A stretch of DNA of 64,000 nucleotides from Nemertoderma westbladi (Eukaryota; Animalia; Xenacoelomorpha). How positions within the stretch are numbered: position 1 is the first letter of the stretch; every line of letters starts with the position of its first letter. Below are positions 25,166-36,304 of this stretch, in pieces. Below the pieces are notes generated by a model, which saw nothing but the letters and a program-made list of their open reading frames with translations, did not search any database and was not told the DNA's origin. A program made the position numbers and the translations under genes. The DNA lies in NCBI GenBank assembly GCA_032718475.1, contig JAUCBJ010002811.1:1-64000 (forward strand), in the 5' to 3' direction.

Positions 25166-26070
25166 TGTAAAAGCTTTTGCGGGATATAACTGGCCCTTTT
25201 CCTCCACAATGTACTGTGTAAGGTGTTTTAGAGGACATAACTAGGGATTTCATCCGCTGTGTCTGCATGTGTGCTTTAGCGGACATAAAAAGCCAGTTTT
25301 CCCACAATGCACTCAAATACTCTAAACTACCTAACTCAAATGACGCAATCTACCAACCGATTTGCTGTACGCGTATAGCCTCTTTGTTCTATTCGATCAA
25401 CCAATCAGAACAATGATCAACCAATCAGAGCGATTTCGCCTTGTGTTGAATAAGGGCTGCAAAAACCCGAATAGTTCGGCATTTAGACATTCGTGGAACC
25501 TACAGAATCTGGAACTTGGCCAATGAGAGCTGTTTCTCTTTGTGTTGAAAGATACCTACAACAGCCCTGAGGGATCAGTGTGTTGGTTTTCCAGAGCCCA
25601 GAACATCGGCTTTGGAATTATTCTGCTTTAGCCCAACATTAGTAGGCTTAATCATAGAAACGTATATCTGTTATCTTACTTAACTAATCAATGCAAATCA
25701 TATTGTCAACTTCAAACACTGCATTTTACTGCTATTTACTGTCTATTATTGATTATGTCAGTTGATGGAATGTTATTATATTGGATAATATCGATAGATA
25801 AATAATCGTAAACCCCAATCTTCTTGATATACTGAAGGTAAGAGACCGGTTACATATAACAGTTGCGACTCACATTAAAGTGGTTTGTAGTGAATCTAAT
25901 GCTATTTCATAGGCACTACATGTGTTGGTTACTGTTCTCTTTATATGTGACTAAAATTAGTGAAGGTCGGCAGATCAGTGTGCAGTATAGTGCGGTAGTG
26001 TGCATGATTGGGACTGATAACAAAGCATCTCCTAAAGAATGCGCTATATACGTGAATCCATAGCCATCCC
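25166..26070 (+). repeat. A 3' LTR, last ~330 bp deleted
   Basis: Matches 9517..10432. Confidence 0.92.
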
Positions 26071-26080
26071 TATTGGCTAT

Positions 26081-26924
26081 TGGCTATTGATTCACGTATA
26101 AAGCGCATTCTTTAGGAGATGCTTTGTTACTAGTCACAATCATGCACACTACCGCACAATGCTGCACACCGATCTGCTGACCTTCACTAATTTTAGTCAC
26201 ATATAAAGAGAACAGCAACTGATACATGTAGGGCCTATGAAATAGCATTAGATTCACTCCAAAACCACTTTAATGTGAGTCGCAACTGTTATATGTAACC
26301 GGTCTCTTACCTTCAGTATATCAAGAAGATTGGGGTTTTTGATTATTCATCGATTTTATCCACATATAATAATATTCCATCAACTGATATAATCAATAAC
26401 AGACAGTAAATAGCAGTAAAAATGCGGTGTTTGTAGTTGACAATATGATTTGCATTGATAGGTACCACCGTAACAGTTATACCTTCCTATGATCAAGCCT
26501 ACTAATGTTTGGCTAAAGCCTGAAAACACAGAAATTCCAAGCCGGTCTTCTGGCATTAGGAAAAAAGGTAAACATTAACCCATAATGCATTGCGCGATTT
26601 CCTGGAGGTTTCTGTACAAATAACAGGAGAATCGCTCTGATTGGTTGACCGAACAAAGAAACAACAGAGAACAAAGAAAGAGTTACACGTGTACATATCA
26701 GCTGTTAGCTGTCGTCATAGTAACTACACTGTATCAAGAGGATTTTAGCGTATTGCGACATAGAATTGCTAGTTATGTCCGCTAAAGTACACATACAGAA
26801 GAAATGGCTTTTTATGTCCACTAAAACACCGGTACAGTAAGGAAACGGCTTTTGATGTCCGTTAAAACACCTACAGAGTACTTTGCGGGGAAAATAACCA
26901 GCTAATTCCGCAAAAGCTTTTACA
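26081..26924 (-). repeat. B 3' LTR main part
   Basis: Matches 44530..45366. Confidence 0.92.
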
Positions 26925-27002
26925 CCGCTCCCAGAAAATGGGATTTAATTCTATAAAATATAAAAAATCACAGTTTCTAAAATATAAAAATACTCTAAAC
27001 AG

Positions 27003-28359
27003 TTAGTTTTTCTTGCGCGGACGGCGTTTACGCAGTGTTTTGAGGCTAGCAAGAGTCCTTTTCTCTCTGGGGCGAGCCACTTTACTAGGAGGGCTATAAC
27101 TCCTGGGTAAAGGGTGCAATACAATTGCATCGGAAGGTTTAGGGTTACGGTCGATGTCTCATCCATTTCGATATGCTTCTCCTCGAGCTGATTTTCCTCC
27201 GCTTGTCGTTGAAAACATTTGTCCAAACTCCTGCAGAAAGCAGAGCCGCCCAAGTTCGACATCCCCCCAGAGACTCTGGATTTCCTGATCGAACTGAGAT
27301 AAAGCTAATCCGCTCACCGCTTGGACTTGTTGCTACAATTTATGTTTCTCTAAACAATTGTAGGTTCCTTTTCCGATCTTTTGAAGAATAGTGTCCAACG
27401 CGTTTCGTACAACTCTCTCCTCCACCTCGGTGACAGGTTGCATCGTGCCAAACAGGGACGATGATACGGTTGAATGGCGATATCAGATGTCCGCGTCCCA
27501 ATCCGGCTAGATAAGATGGGCGAATATTTAGGGAGCCCACAACCGGAGTGCCACCGACTAACTGTTCGGGTAACACTAGATCTTTGAACAGTGAGTACAG
27601 TTCGGGAGGATCCGTGATACTATTAGGATCAAGAGTCCGAGGTCCAACTAGGAAATGAGGAGGTCTGACCAAGTATTCCGGAACTCTTATCATAGGTTAT
27701 TCAAGGATCGTTTGAATCGAACGAGCGTAGGTGATACATCGAACAAGTTTCGCTCGAAACTCCTGTAAATATAGCGAGTAAAACCGTGTTTAAAGCAACG
27801 TCTGCGCGGATGTTTATGTCTTTCCGTTTGTGGGTTGGGTCTTGGGCATTCATCGTAATAATACCAAAGACGCACGTCTTGTAGGGGAAACGCGGGTGAT
27901 ATTTATTCGGTTTTACCACGTTTCTCTCAAGAATCCCAAATATACGTTGGAGTTACTGCGTTTATCCAGTTCTTTAACGTCTTCTCTTTCGAGTCGATTT
28001 CGAATAGAATTTTCACATTCTATTTTCAGTTTATCGTTCCGACTCCGCTGGGTAGGATATTTAAATAGTACCATTTCCCTTTTGGTGTCGAAATCGTCCG
28101 TATCATGTAAATCGATAGGATGACCAGTAGTTAAGAAGTCCTTATGCGTACCATTACGATGCGTATAGCGAGTAGTGAATTTTCGATAGTCCAATTCACG
28201 CGTAAGTTGCTCCTGGGACATTGGCGGTTCGATATAACGACCATCGTCCTCCGTAGTAGTTGGACCAGCGTCGCCGCGTATCAATCTATCAACAAACGCT
28301 TATAAAGGTAGAGTATATCGCTCCCTGATACCAAGATCATCTTCTATCAACTCAGTCAT
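27003..28359 (-). pseudogene. BEL B extra 3' ORF region (homolog of A 23731..25087)
   Basis: MTELIEDDLG..., KYHPRFPY..., MIRVPEY... segments shared with A. Confidence 0.5.
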
Positions 28360-29025
28360 AGCTGCTATATGAGTTTATCAATATTATAATGAGTTTATAT
28401 TTAGGCTAGCGGGCGTCGCTGCCTACCCCTCTCTGCCCCCGGACAGTGCAAGATCCTCAGCGCCGATGTGCCGTCGCCGCTGTGTTTTCGCCAACGTAGT
28501 AGCTACACAACGACAACGATAACCGGCACAAGTTACTCCACTGTCCGTCCCAAAGGCTTAGATTTACTTCAGGTTTTTGCGGCAGAGTTAGGGCTACTTT
28601 CACAATTGCGACTCGCTACTGTAAACACACTTTAGTAGTAACATTCACCTATAAACACACAAATTCCACACAACTGTCACAAACCGCACACATTCGGGCC
28701 ATTTGTCCGTTAGTCAGTGCCTTCCAGAATGTCACGTTATTATTATGTATCCTTGGATACTAGCAGTGTGCTATTTATTCCCTATGCTATTCAATGGGCA
28801 AGCCTTTATTGTTCTTTTAACTCACTTCTAATTCTAGCGTGGTTGTTGCCATGGTGACATTATGGAAAGCTAGCGGTAGAATTAGGGTAATTCTCATGCA
28901 TACAGATCTGGGATGCTATTTAATAGTAATTCTTTAATTGTCAATATTCCTCTTTATACATGATTTTATGAATTTTATTGGCTATTGACTATATATTGGA
29001 GATTCTCGCACACTAATACACTTAA

Positions 29026-30118
29026 CCCCTTCAGTACGGGGACGAGCGGGTGCTCGTCATCACTACCACCACGGTGACGAGCACGCACTCGTCATAAGTT
29101 CAAAGCATTTTAACCAGTCTTGACATTCACCCGGTGACAGAAACTTAGTAATTTAAACCTCCCGCGCACTATAGAAGCCTCCTATAACTTATATAGTGCG
29201 CGGGAGGTTTAAAATACCAAGTTCAATAGGCTTTAAGTTGACTAATGGAATACTGGAATAGGTAGGATATACTGTATACTGTAGCCTACACTGCATTCTA
29301 TACAGTTCTATACTGATGGGTGACAGCAGTAGGCCTAAGCGAAAAACTAGACCTGTAAGTTACTACGGGTTTGAGACTGTTGATAGTGGTAGTGAAGATG
29401 GCCTCGAAGGAGATGACGAGGAAGGAAGTGTTGAAGGAGATGAATCGGATACTGGCGATGATGAGGAGACAACAACTAGCGAGGAGACAGCAACTAGTGG
29501 TCCTAGTGAGTTTGTGTTTATTTCTCCTAATGCAGACAGTTATGCGAGTGATCACCCCTGTGTATTTACCGGTAAACCTGGTTGGAAAGTTACGGGAGTT
29601 TCTGACGGCGATGACTTTGGGCCTGTAGATTACGGTAAACTGTTTCTGACAGATGATCTTTTTTTGGCGCTAGCCAACTGGACAAATGTTAGATCACATT
29701 TATTTCATGATGGCCATATTGAAACTGAACCAAAGAAGTCACACACAGTGAAGTGGCGTGACGTCACATTGTTAGAAATGAAAAAATTCATTGGTCTGAC
29801 TTTACTAATGACTCTTGTAGAGAAACCCAAAATTCGATTATACTGGTCGACGGATGAACTCATTGCTACTCCGTTTTTTACACGATCGGACTCAATGAGC
29901 CGTGATCGTTATCTTCAAATTTTGAAGTTCATTCGAGTGCAAGTGCAAGTGTGTCAAAGGTTACAGAAATAAATAACGATTCCAAAACCGTTTCATTTTT
30001 GAAAATCTGATGAGCCATTCATTTGATATGCCATTAGACGTAATGGTGTGAAATTTGAATTTTGGTTTGAATTTTACCCGGTTCTGGGGTCTAAATTGTC
30101 TCGTAAATTGTCTTGTTG
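29026..30118 (+). mobile_element. piggyBac DNA transposon, deleted, right TIR lost
   Basis: TTAA-CCCC left end; TTAA at 29022-29025 and 30119-30122; the equivalent site in A (about 23066) is empty. Confidence 0.88.
29316..29972 (+). pseudogene. piggyBac transposase N-terminal fragment
   Basis: Acidic N-terminus, WRDVTLLEMKKFIGL...YWSTD...MSRDRYLQILKFI. Confidence 0.9.
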
Positions 30119-31092
30119 TTAATAGGGTGAATCTCCGCTCCCATGATCTATTAATTTATGGAATTTTGGGAATGTTATAAATTGTATAAAAATGACAATT
30201 TATCAAATTCATTAAAATATGAATTTAAATTTATTCCCGTAAATTTTATTATTTAATATTAAATAGACACAATTTTATTCCAGAACATGTCTGGGGACTA
30301 GGATCCTTGATTCTAGGAAATTGGTCTTTTTAAGAATATCGGTAAGTGCTACGATATCTTAATAGACTAGAATTTTAAAGGATCTAAAATTTGACAGATT
30401 TTATAAATATTAATAATTAATATTTAGGATGGGCACCAGTTTATTCCAGAACTTGTCTGGGGACGTTAACCACTGATTCTAGAATTTTGTCTTTCAAGTA
30501 TATCGGTGGGTGCCGCGATATCTTAATCGACTAGAATTACAGATGGTCAAAGGGTTTAACAGATTTATTTTGCGTTGTACGCTACTGTTAAAGGGACATC
30601 ACGCTACTATATGTATTATTTAATATACGGTATGAGAGCAATATCGCACGAAGCAATGTCAGTGAGAAGAGGCAAGTCGTTTCCAAGGTCTACCCAGAGC
30701 TTGGTTTAGCCGAGACACGAGGATCTGAATTTTGCATTCCTAATACTCTACTTTACCAATAATACTTGAATATAGTAGGAGCTTTATTGTACTTTAATAA
30801 GTACGGATATTTCATCTTACTGTAGTTACGTATTTGTAATGTAATACGGACAGTAAGGAAAGAGAAAAAGAATTATTTCTCGCCGTCGCACTAAATATAT
30901 AATATATAAGTAATTAAGTAATAAACACTAATATATATTGCACTAATCTACTAAATAATCGCTAAAATAACATTCTACTAAATAAAATTAAAGAAAACGA
31001 TTATAATAAAATTACATAATAATACATACATAAATATAAAATAATAAAAACAAATATAAAATAATATAGTCACACACCCACTCCAGACGCTG

Positions 31093-34000
31093 TTACGTTG
31101 GGGAGTCCCTAGATGTTTGTTGGATTAGGGAGGTGGTCGTGGGAAGAGTATCTTGCCTTCCATAGTTTCCGGACAGTTCTCGGTCTCGTTCCAGTAAACA
31201 TAAACGACCAACTGGGCGATTGAGCTGCTGTGTCTCGAAGACAATTCCAGGTTTCCTCTTCGTCCTGGAATAGTGACGATAGAAACATCGCTTCAAATAC
31301 ACGACGGCCTTACAAAGCCGATTCCAGGATCTATAGTGGTCCATCGCTCCCGGCAGGAGAGGTGAGAGTCCCGGCGAGACGTCTGGTGTTCCAGATCTCC
31401 AGTCTCTCTCTCTGATCTCCACAACAGATCGGTTCGCGGTGGGGGAGTTTAGATCCACAGCGTCGTCCCTGGCAATGTGTAATACAGACAGATCTATCAC
31501 GGGTTTAAATAACCTTGATTTACTCGTCCGGGTTTTAGGTTTGACTTTCTCCGCTCCCTTGGCTTGTCTAATCTCAGCCGTGGTAAGATGGGGAGGCCAT
31601 TCATCTTCTTTACTTAGGAAGTCGGGTCCACCTAACCAGTCTGGAGTATCTGTCAGTTCTTGAGGAGTTGCTCCTCTGGAAGCGATGTCGGCTAGATTAA
31701 TCGTCTCGGGGCAATGTCTCCATTGATCTACATTGGAGTTAATATCGTCATTATCTGAGGAGTATGGTGTTCCCTCAGTTGGGTCGTCTACCTCACTGCT
31801 CTCCACTTCCCATTCACTTACTTGATATACCTGTTCTTTTGGTAACCTTTCCATGAGAGTTCTACGGGAAGGGCCAGTAAAGTACCAACCCACTCTAGTT
31901 CTTCCCGCATAGGCTTGTAGTGGTTGCGGTTGAGCAGGCCGTTTCTCCAATGTCTCGAGCGCCTCATGCGCATTTTGACCGATGAGTATTTGCACTCCAG
32001 GGTAATCTGTGTTGAATCTAGGTATATCAAGCTGCTGGGTGAAATCGTCCTCATCCCAGTTATAAGGTTCTACTTGGCTGGTAGCGAAGTTCTTTATCGC
32101 CACCATTTTTACTGACCTTATGCTGTGTTCTCCTAGTTCATCCTGGGGGGTGGACAACGCACCTACATAATAATCCGCTATTACTGTAGATTTCCAAACC
32201 TGCATAATTCCTGACATGTTTAACTTAGTTCGGAACTTGGGTTGTCCAGCAAAGATGTCTTCGGCTAGTTCTTTGTCGATGAATGTTCCTGTGCTACCGG
32301 AGTCAAGGAGGGCGTTCACTATATAACTCCTTTCAGGTCCGTGGACCCTTAACTGCACTACGGGAAATTCTCGGATTCCTACATTGGAAGTTGGTGCTTT
32401 CCAAGATGGTTGTCGGTCAGAAGTAGTTAGGGGGAGCTCGCTGTCGGTGTCCTTTTCATACGTAAGTGCTCGATACACTGCGGTATTTATCAGGTAACAG
32501 GATTCGTTTTCGTCGGAGAATTCGTCCGTATAGAATCCTTCCATCTCAGAACTTTGGTCAGTGTCGTTCACATCACTGAATTGGACATGTAGTTCGGACT
32601 CACTTACCTGACTCGGGCTGTTTCGTTCGAATTCAGTGTGCAACAAGATATGATGTTTTGCGCCGCACTTTGCACACCTTGCGTCGGAGTAACAGGTTCG
32701 CCGTTGGTGTCCTCGTCTGAGGCAATTATAACACAACCGCTTATCCCACATGACTTCACGTCTATCCTTTAGTGATTTCCTCAGGAATTCATCACACGCA
32801 CTTAAACGGTGGGGCCCGTCGCACAGCACACATTTTGGTTTGATGTTACTTACCTTACTTTGGGTAACGTTGTGCACACTCGTTCTTTCCTCGGGCTTTC
32901 TTACATGAATTCTCTTAGGAGACGTAGGAGGAGTTTTTCTTACCTGTTCTCTCCTGTCATTGGTTCGAGACTTGAATTTACTTACGTCCTTAGGCGCTTT
33001 GTTGTCATAGTAAGATCTTTCAGTGTCTTTCCCGCTGTCTTCCTCTTGAGAAGCCTGGCTTTCGCCGTCGTCTGTATAACACACTGGTATTACCTTTCTC
33101 CTAGAAACGGGTTTCTCACTTACCTTGTTTTCCGGTGTCTTCTCTCTGGACTGCTTTAGGAGCTGTAATTTTACTTCTCCATCTAAGAATGACATGAGAT
33201 CAGCCATGGTAGGGTCTCGTCGTTGTTGTTCCATCATATATAACACTTTCTTATCCCAGCGTGTACCTACTCCACCCTTTGGTAAAGTAGAGGCCACGGC
33301 TCCAATAACCATAGAACTCTGATATTCATGAGACTTACCTAGCCAATCTAATTGTCTACAGATTTCCTGAATCTCATCGGAAAACTCTATAATCCCGCTG
33401 CTAATGAACTTTCGGGGCGCTACCAATTTTGCATACAAATACCTAGCTATGTTATTCCTATTACCATACCTGATGTTTAGGGTATCCCAAACTTGTCTTA
33501 ATCCATCTGGATGTCCAATAAACTTTAACGCCATTAACTTGGGAGATCCTTCCAAGCACTCGATGAGGAATCTAAGTTTCTCTCCGTTAGATAGCACAGA
33601 GTTCTGTATGTTATCTTTATAATATTCATTAAAAGGTAACCATTTCATCTCATCTCCATTGAACTTGACGATCTCTCCCACCTTTACCGCTTGACGGGCT
33701 TCGGTTCTAGCCATTTGACGTGTAAAACTTTCTTGGGCCATCGTGTTATTTAATATCGAGTTATCGGTATATAAATTTCTTGGATTATGATCAGGTCTAT
33801 ATGGAATATCATTGTCAACAGGTTTATAATTACCCTTAATAGGGTTCACTATAGGAGTTTCTACTTCACTAGCAGTATAGATGCGTGTAGGCTCCACACC
33901 TTGCACATGAAATACTTCAGACCTAACAGGTTGACACATTGTTACCGGGGTTGGTGGTATACCCCTTTGGGTATTTACTAATTTGTCGCGTTCTAATGCG

Positions 34001-35199
34001 ATACTCTGCTGCACCTCTTGCAACTCTAACCTACTTTCCCTTACTGTGCCCTTGAACTGCTGAACAGTTCCTTCCATCTCCCGGACCTGCTGAGAGGAGC
34101 ACTTGCGGTGTTCCCTCAACTGCCCGAGCAGGAGACCCATCTCCCGTCGTCCCTCATCTACCCACTCGACCGCCGAAGCGGGAGGCGCCAACGTAGTAGC
34201 GGGCGGACGAGGGACAACGGGCGACAAATCATTAATATTTCGCTCGGAGTCCAGGACATGAACATTTTCAAGGGTGGTTCTGTGGGGCACAGGTAGCTTA
34301 GTGCTGTGCAGAGGGAAATTAGAGGTAGGTTCTGGGAGTACAGGTGTCTCTATCACCGAAGGGGTGGCTTCGAGAACAGGCCTAATTATTTCAGGTTCAT
34401 CTACTATAGTAGGGAGTCTTTCTAATCTAAAAATTTGGTCTGTGGGTTCTGTACTACCTAAGTCTACACTATCCAGTTGCATTCTCACCTCAGGAGGTAA
34501 CGTCCGCTTGAGCATCCGTCTACGTCCGCTTGAACGAGATTTATTACCTCTACCTTCGGGATCTCTCATATCACCTTCATCGGAGGAGGCAAATCCCTGT
34601 CTTCTGGAAGTATATCGACTCAGTAACCGTATCTGAGTTGCAACTATAGCTGTCCTTTGTTTCTTCAAGTATTCTTGTTCCGCCTGAAGTTTTTCCAGCT
34701 CTAGTTGGGTGGTCTCTTCAGATGCTCTTAGTTCTGCTTCTGCCACTGCTATCTTTCTTTCCGCTTCTGCCGCTGCCGCATTTCTTTCCGCTTCTATTGC
34801 TGCAGCTGCCGCTTTTCTTTCCGCTTCTATTGCTGCAGCTGCCGCTTTTCTTTCCGCTTCTATTGCTGCAGCTGCCGCTTTTCTTTCCGCTTCTGTCGCT
34901 GCAGCTGCTGCTTTTCTTTCAGCCTCTGCCGCTGCAGCTGCCGATTTTCTACCAGCCGCTGCCGCTTTCCTTTCAGATTCTATTTGCCGTTGCTTTAATT
35001 GTCTATCCTTAACTAGCCTAGGGTCTGACACTACTACTGAAGGGATGACCTTTCCTACAGTAGGGGACTTGGACTTTGGTCTGGGATGTTCTATACTTTG
35101 ATCTTGGTCACAGATCCTTTCAAGACACTGTCCAAGTCTAAGACATATTCTAACACCTTCCAAAAGACTATCTGACAGTGCCCGTTTTGTGTCAGACAT
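31093..35199 (-). CDS. gag: BEL B intact 1368-aa Gag-protease with in-frame loss of RT, RNase H and integrase
   Basis: Uninterrupted ORF; EAERKAAAAA repeats, DUF1759-like region, Cys/His knuckles, LLDSGS, then QWRHCP..ADIASRG and terminal RPVGRLCLLE. Confidence 0.92.
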   Translation of the reverse strand: MSDTKRALSDSLLEGVRICLRLGQCLERICDQDQSIEHPRPKSKSPTVGKVIPSVVVSDPRLVKDRQLKQRQIESERKAAAAGRKSAAAAAEAERKAAAAATEAERKAAAAAIEAERKAAAAAIEAERKAAAAAIEAERNAAAAEAERKIAVAEAELRASEETTQLELEKLQAEQEYLKKQRTAIVATQIRLLSRYTSRRQGFASSDEGDMRDPEGRGNKSRSSGRRRMLKRTLPPEVRMQLDSVDLGSTEPTDQIFRLERLPTIVDEPEIIRPVLEATPSVIETPVLPEPTSNFPLHSTKLPVPHRTTLENVHVLDSERNINDLSPVVPRPPATTLAPPASAVEWVDEGRREMGLLLGQLREHRKCSSQQVREMEGTVQQFKGTVRESRLELQEVQQSIALERDKLVNTQRGIPPTPVTMCQPVRSEVFHVQGVEPTRIYTASEVETPIVNPIKGNYKPVDNDIPYRPDHNPRNLYTDNSILNNTMAQESFTRQMARTEARQAVKVGEIVKFNGDEMKWLPFNEYYKDNIQNSVLSNGEKLRFLIECLEGSPKLMALKFIGHPDGLRQVWDTLNIRYGNRNNIARYLYAKLVAPRKFISSGIIEFSDEIQEICRQLDWLGKSHEYQSSMVIGAVASTLPKGGVGTRWDKKVLYMMEQQRRDPTMADLMSFLDGEVKLQLLKQSREKTPENKVSEKPVSRRKVIPVCYTDDGESQASQEEDSGKDTERSYYDNKAPKDVSKFKSRTNDRREQVRKTPPTSPKRIHVRKPEERTSVHNVTQSKVSNIKPKCVLCDGPHRLSACDEFLRKSLKDRREVMWDKRLCYNCLRRGHQRRTCYSDARCAKCGAKHHILLHTEFERNSPSQVSESELHVQFSDVNDTDQSSEMEGFYTDEFSDENESCYLINTAVYRALTYEKDTDSELPLTTSDRQPSWKAPTSNVGIREFPVVQLRVHGPERSYIVNALLDSGSTGTFIDKELAEDIFAGQPKFRTKLNMSGIMQVWKSTVIADYYVGALSTPQDELGEHSIRSVKMVAIKNFATSQVEPYNWDEDDFTQQLDIPRFNTDYPGVQILIGQNAHEALETLEKRPAQPQPLQAYAGRTRVGWYFTGPSRRTLMERLPKEQVYQVSEWEVESSEVDDPTEGTPYSSDNDDINSNVDQWRHCPETINLADIASRGATPQELTDTPDWLGGPDFLSKEDEWPPHLTTAEIRQAKGAEKVKPKTRTSKSRLFKPVIDLSVLHIARDDAVDLNSPTANRSVVEIRERDWRSGTPDVSPGLSPLLPGAMDHYRSWNRLCKAVVYLKRCFYRHYSRTKRKPGIVFETQQLNRPVGRLCLLERDRELSGNYGRQDTLPTTTSLIQQTSRDSPT

Positions 35200-36164
35200 G
35201 TTTGATTGTACAGTTGAATGCCTACTACTATAACGACAGTTAAAGCAAGTCTAGTAATTCAGTATCAACTGTTAGCCTAGTAATTAATTACCGATACTGT
35301 TACTCAGTGTAATGTGATATATATACAATATATTAGAGTACCGGTATATACTTATAGAATATATAAGTATTATTACAGACTAGGTTTTTCACAGAATACC
35401 GGTATATAATTTCAGCGCAAATATATAAATATATAATAAGCCTATCGTGAATACCGGTATACAGCTTACACTTATAGTATATAAGTATAATTACAGACTA
35501 GAATTAATTACAGAATACCGGTATATAATTTCCGCGCAAATATATAAATATAAATATAATAAGCCTATTGTAAATACCGGTATATCAATTATCTTAGAAT
35601 AATGGAATTTCTGAATTTTCGGGGTTACTTGGTTATGTTAGCTTATTCAATCCCGCTAACATCCCATAAAGTTATAAGCCGATAAGCAATATTGGGAGCC
35701 GCGAGATTGGGTGATAACCAACTCGTGCCATCCCAATAAGAGTGGGAAGGAAACACACAATAAAGGGTCAGGGGCCAAACCCCTAACCCAGAGAGAACAG
35801 ATGGAGTGAACGGGAACACTCCACGGGGTGCCAACAAGGGTATCAACCAATCAGAGGGGGGCAAGGCATCGATTAGGTAGTAATTAGGCCAACCGTGCAA
35901 TATAACCAGTAACCCAATATCAGTAATTCAGTTATCTCAGTGCAGTAGTGCTAGCATAGGTTAATTAGTTTAGATAGGGGAGCACGGGACTTTTAGTTAC
36001 CGTATCCCGCCTTCCATATACTATACAATATATCTATATCTTATACCTCTATTATTATACACCGAACTTCAGAACTCATTTTACTTTCATTCACTCTTTA
36101 TACACGGCGGGGACGCGTGAACTAAATACCGGATAAATCGGGATCCCTCCTGGATCCCGTCACA

Positions 36165-36174
36165 GTAACTAAAA
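36165..36174 (+). promoter_or_regulatory. D primer-binding position, complementary to own LTR 35991..36000
   Basis: GTAACTAAAA vs TTTTAGTTAC, 10/10. Confidence 0.7.
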
Positions 36175-36304
36175 CCAACCGCTGCCCTAGCTAGCCAAAC
36201 CATCAGCCACCAATCACCAAAGGAGATGAGTCGAGAGAAAGGAACGACACCGCCGCGGACCCCGGACGGCGATCTAACGATCCGCGAGGCCGCGACGAGA
36301 CGGT

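Larger units (their letters stand above)
9517..26070 (+). mobile_element. BEL/Pao LTR retrotransposon A (non-autonomous), inserted in B 3' LTR in opposite orientation
   Basis: 5' LTR 9517..10758, gag-PR, 3' LTR 25166..26070 (truncated) after PPT CTGGGAGCGG. Confidence 0.9.
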
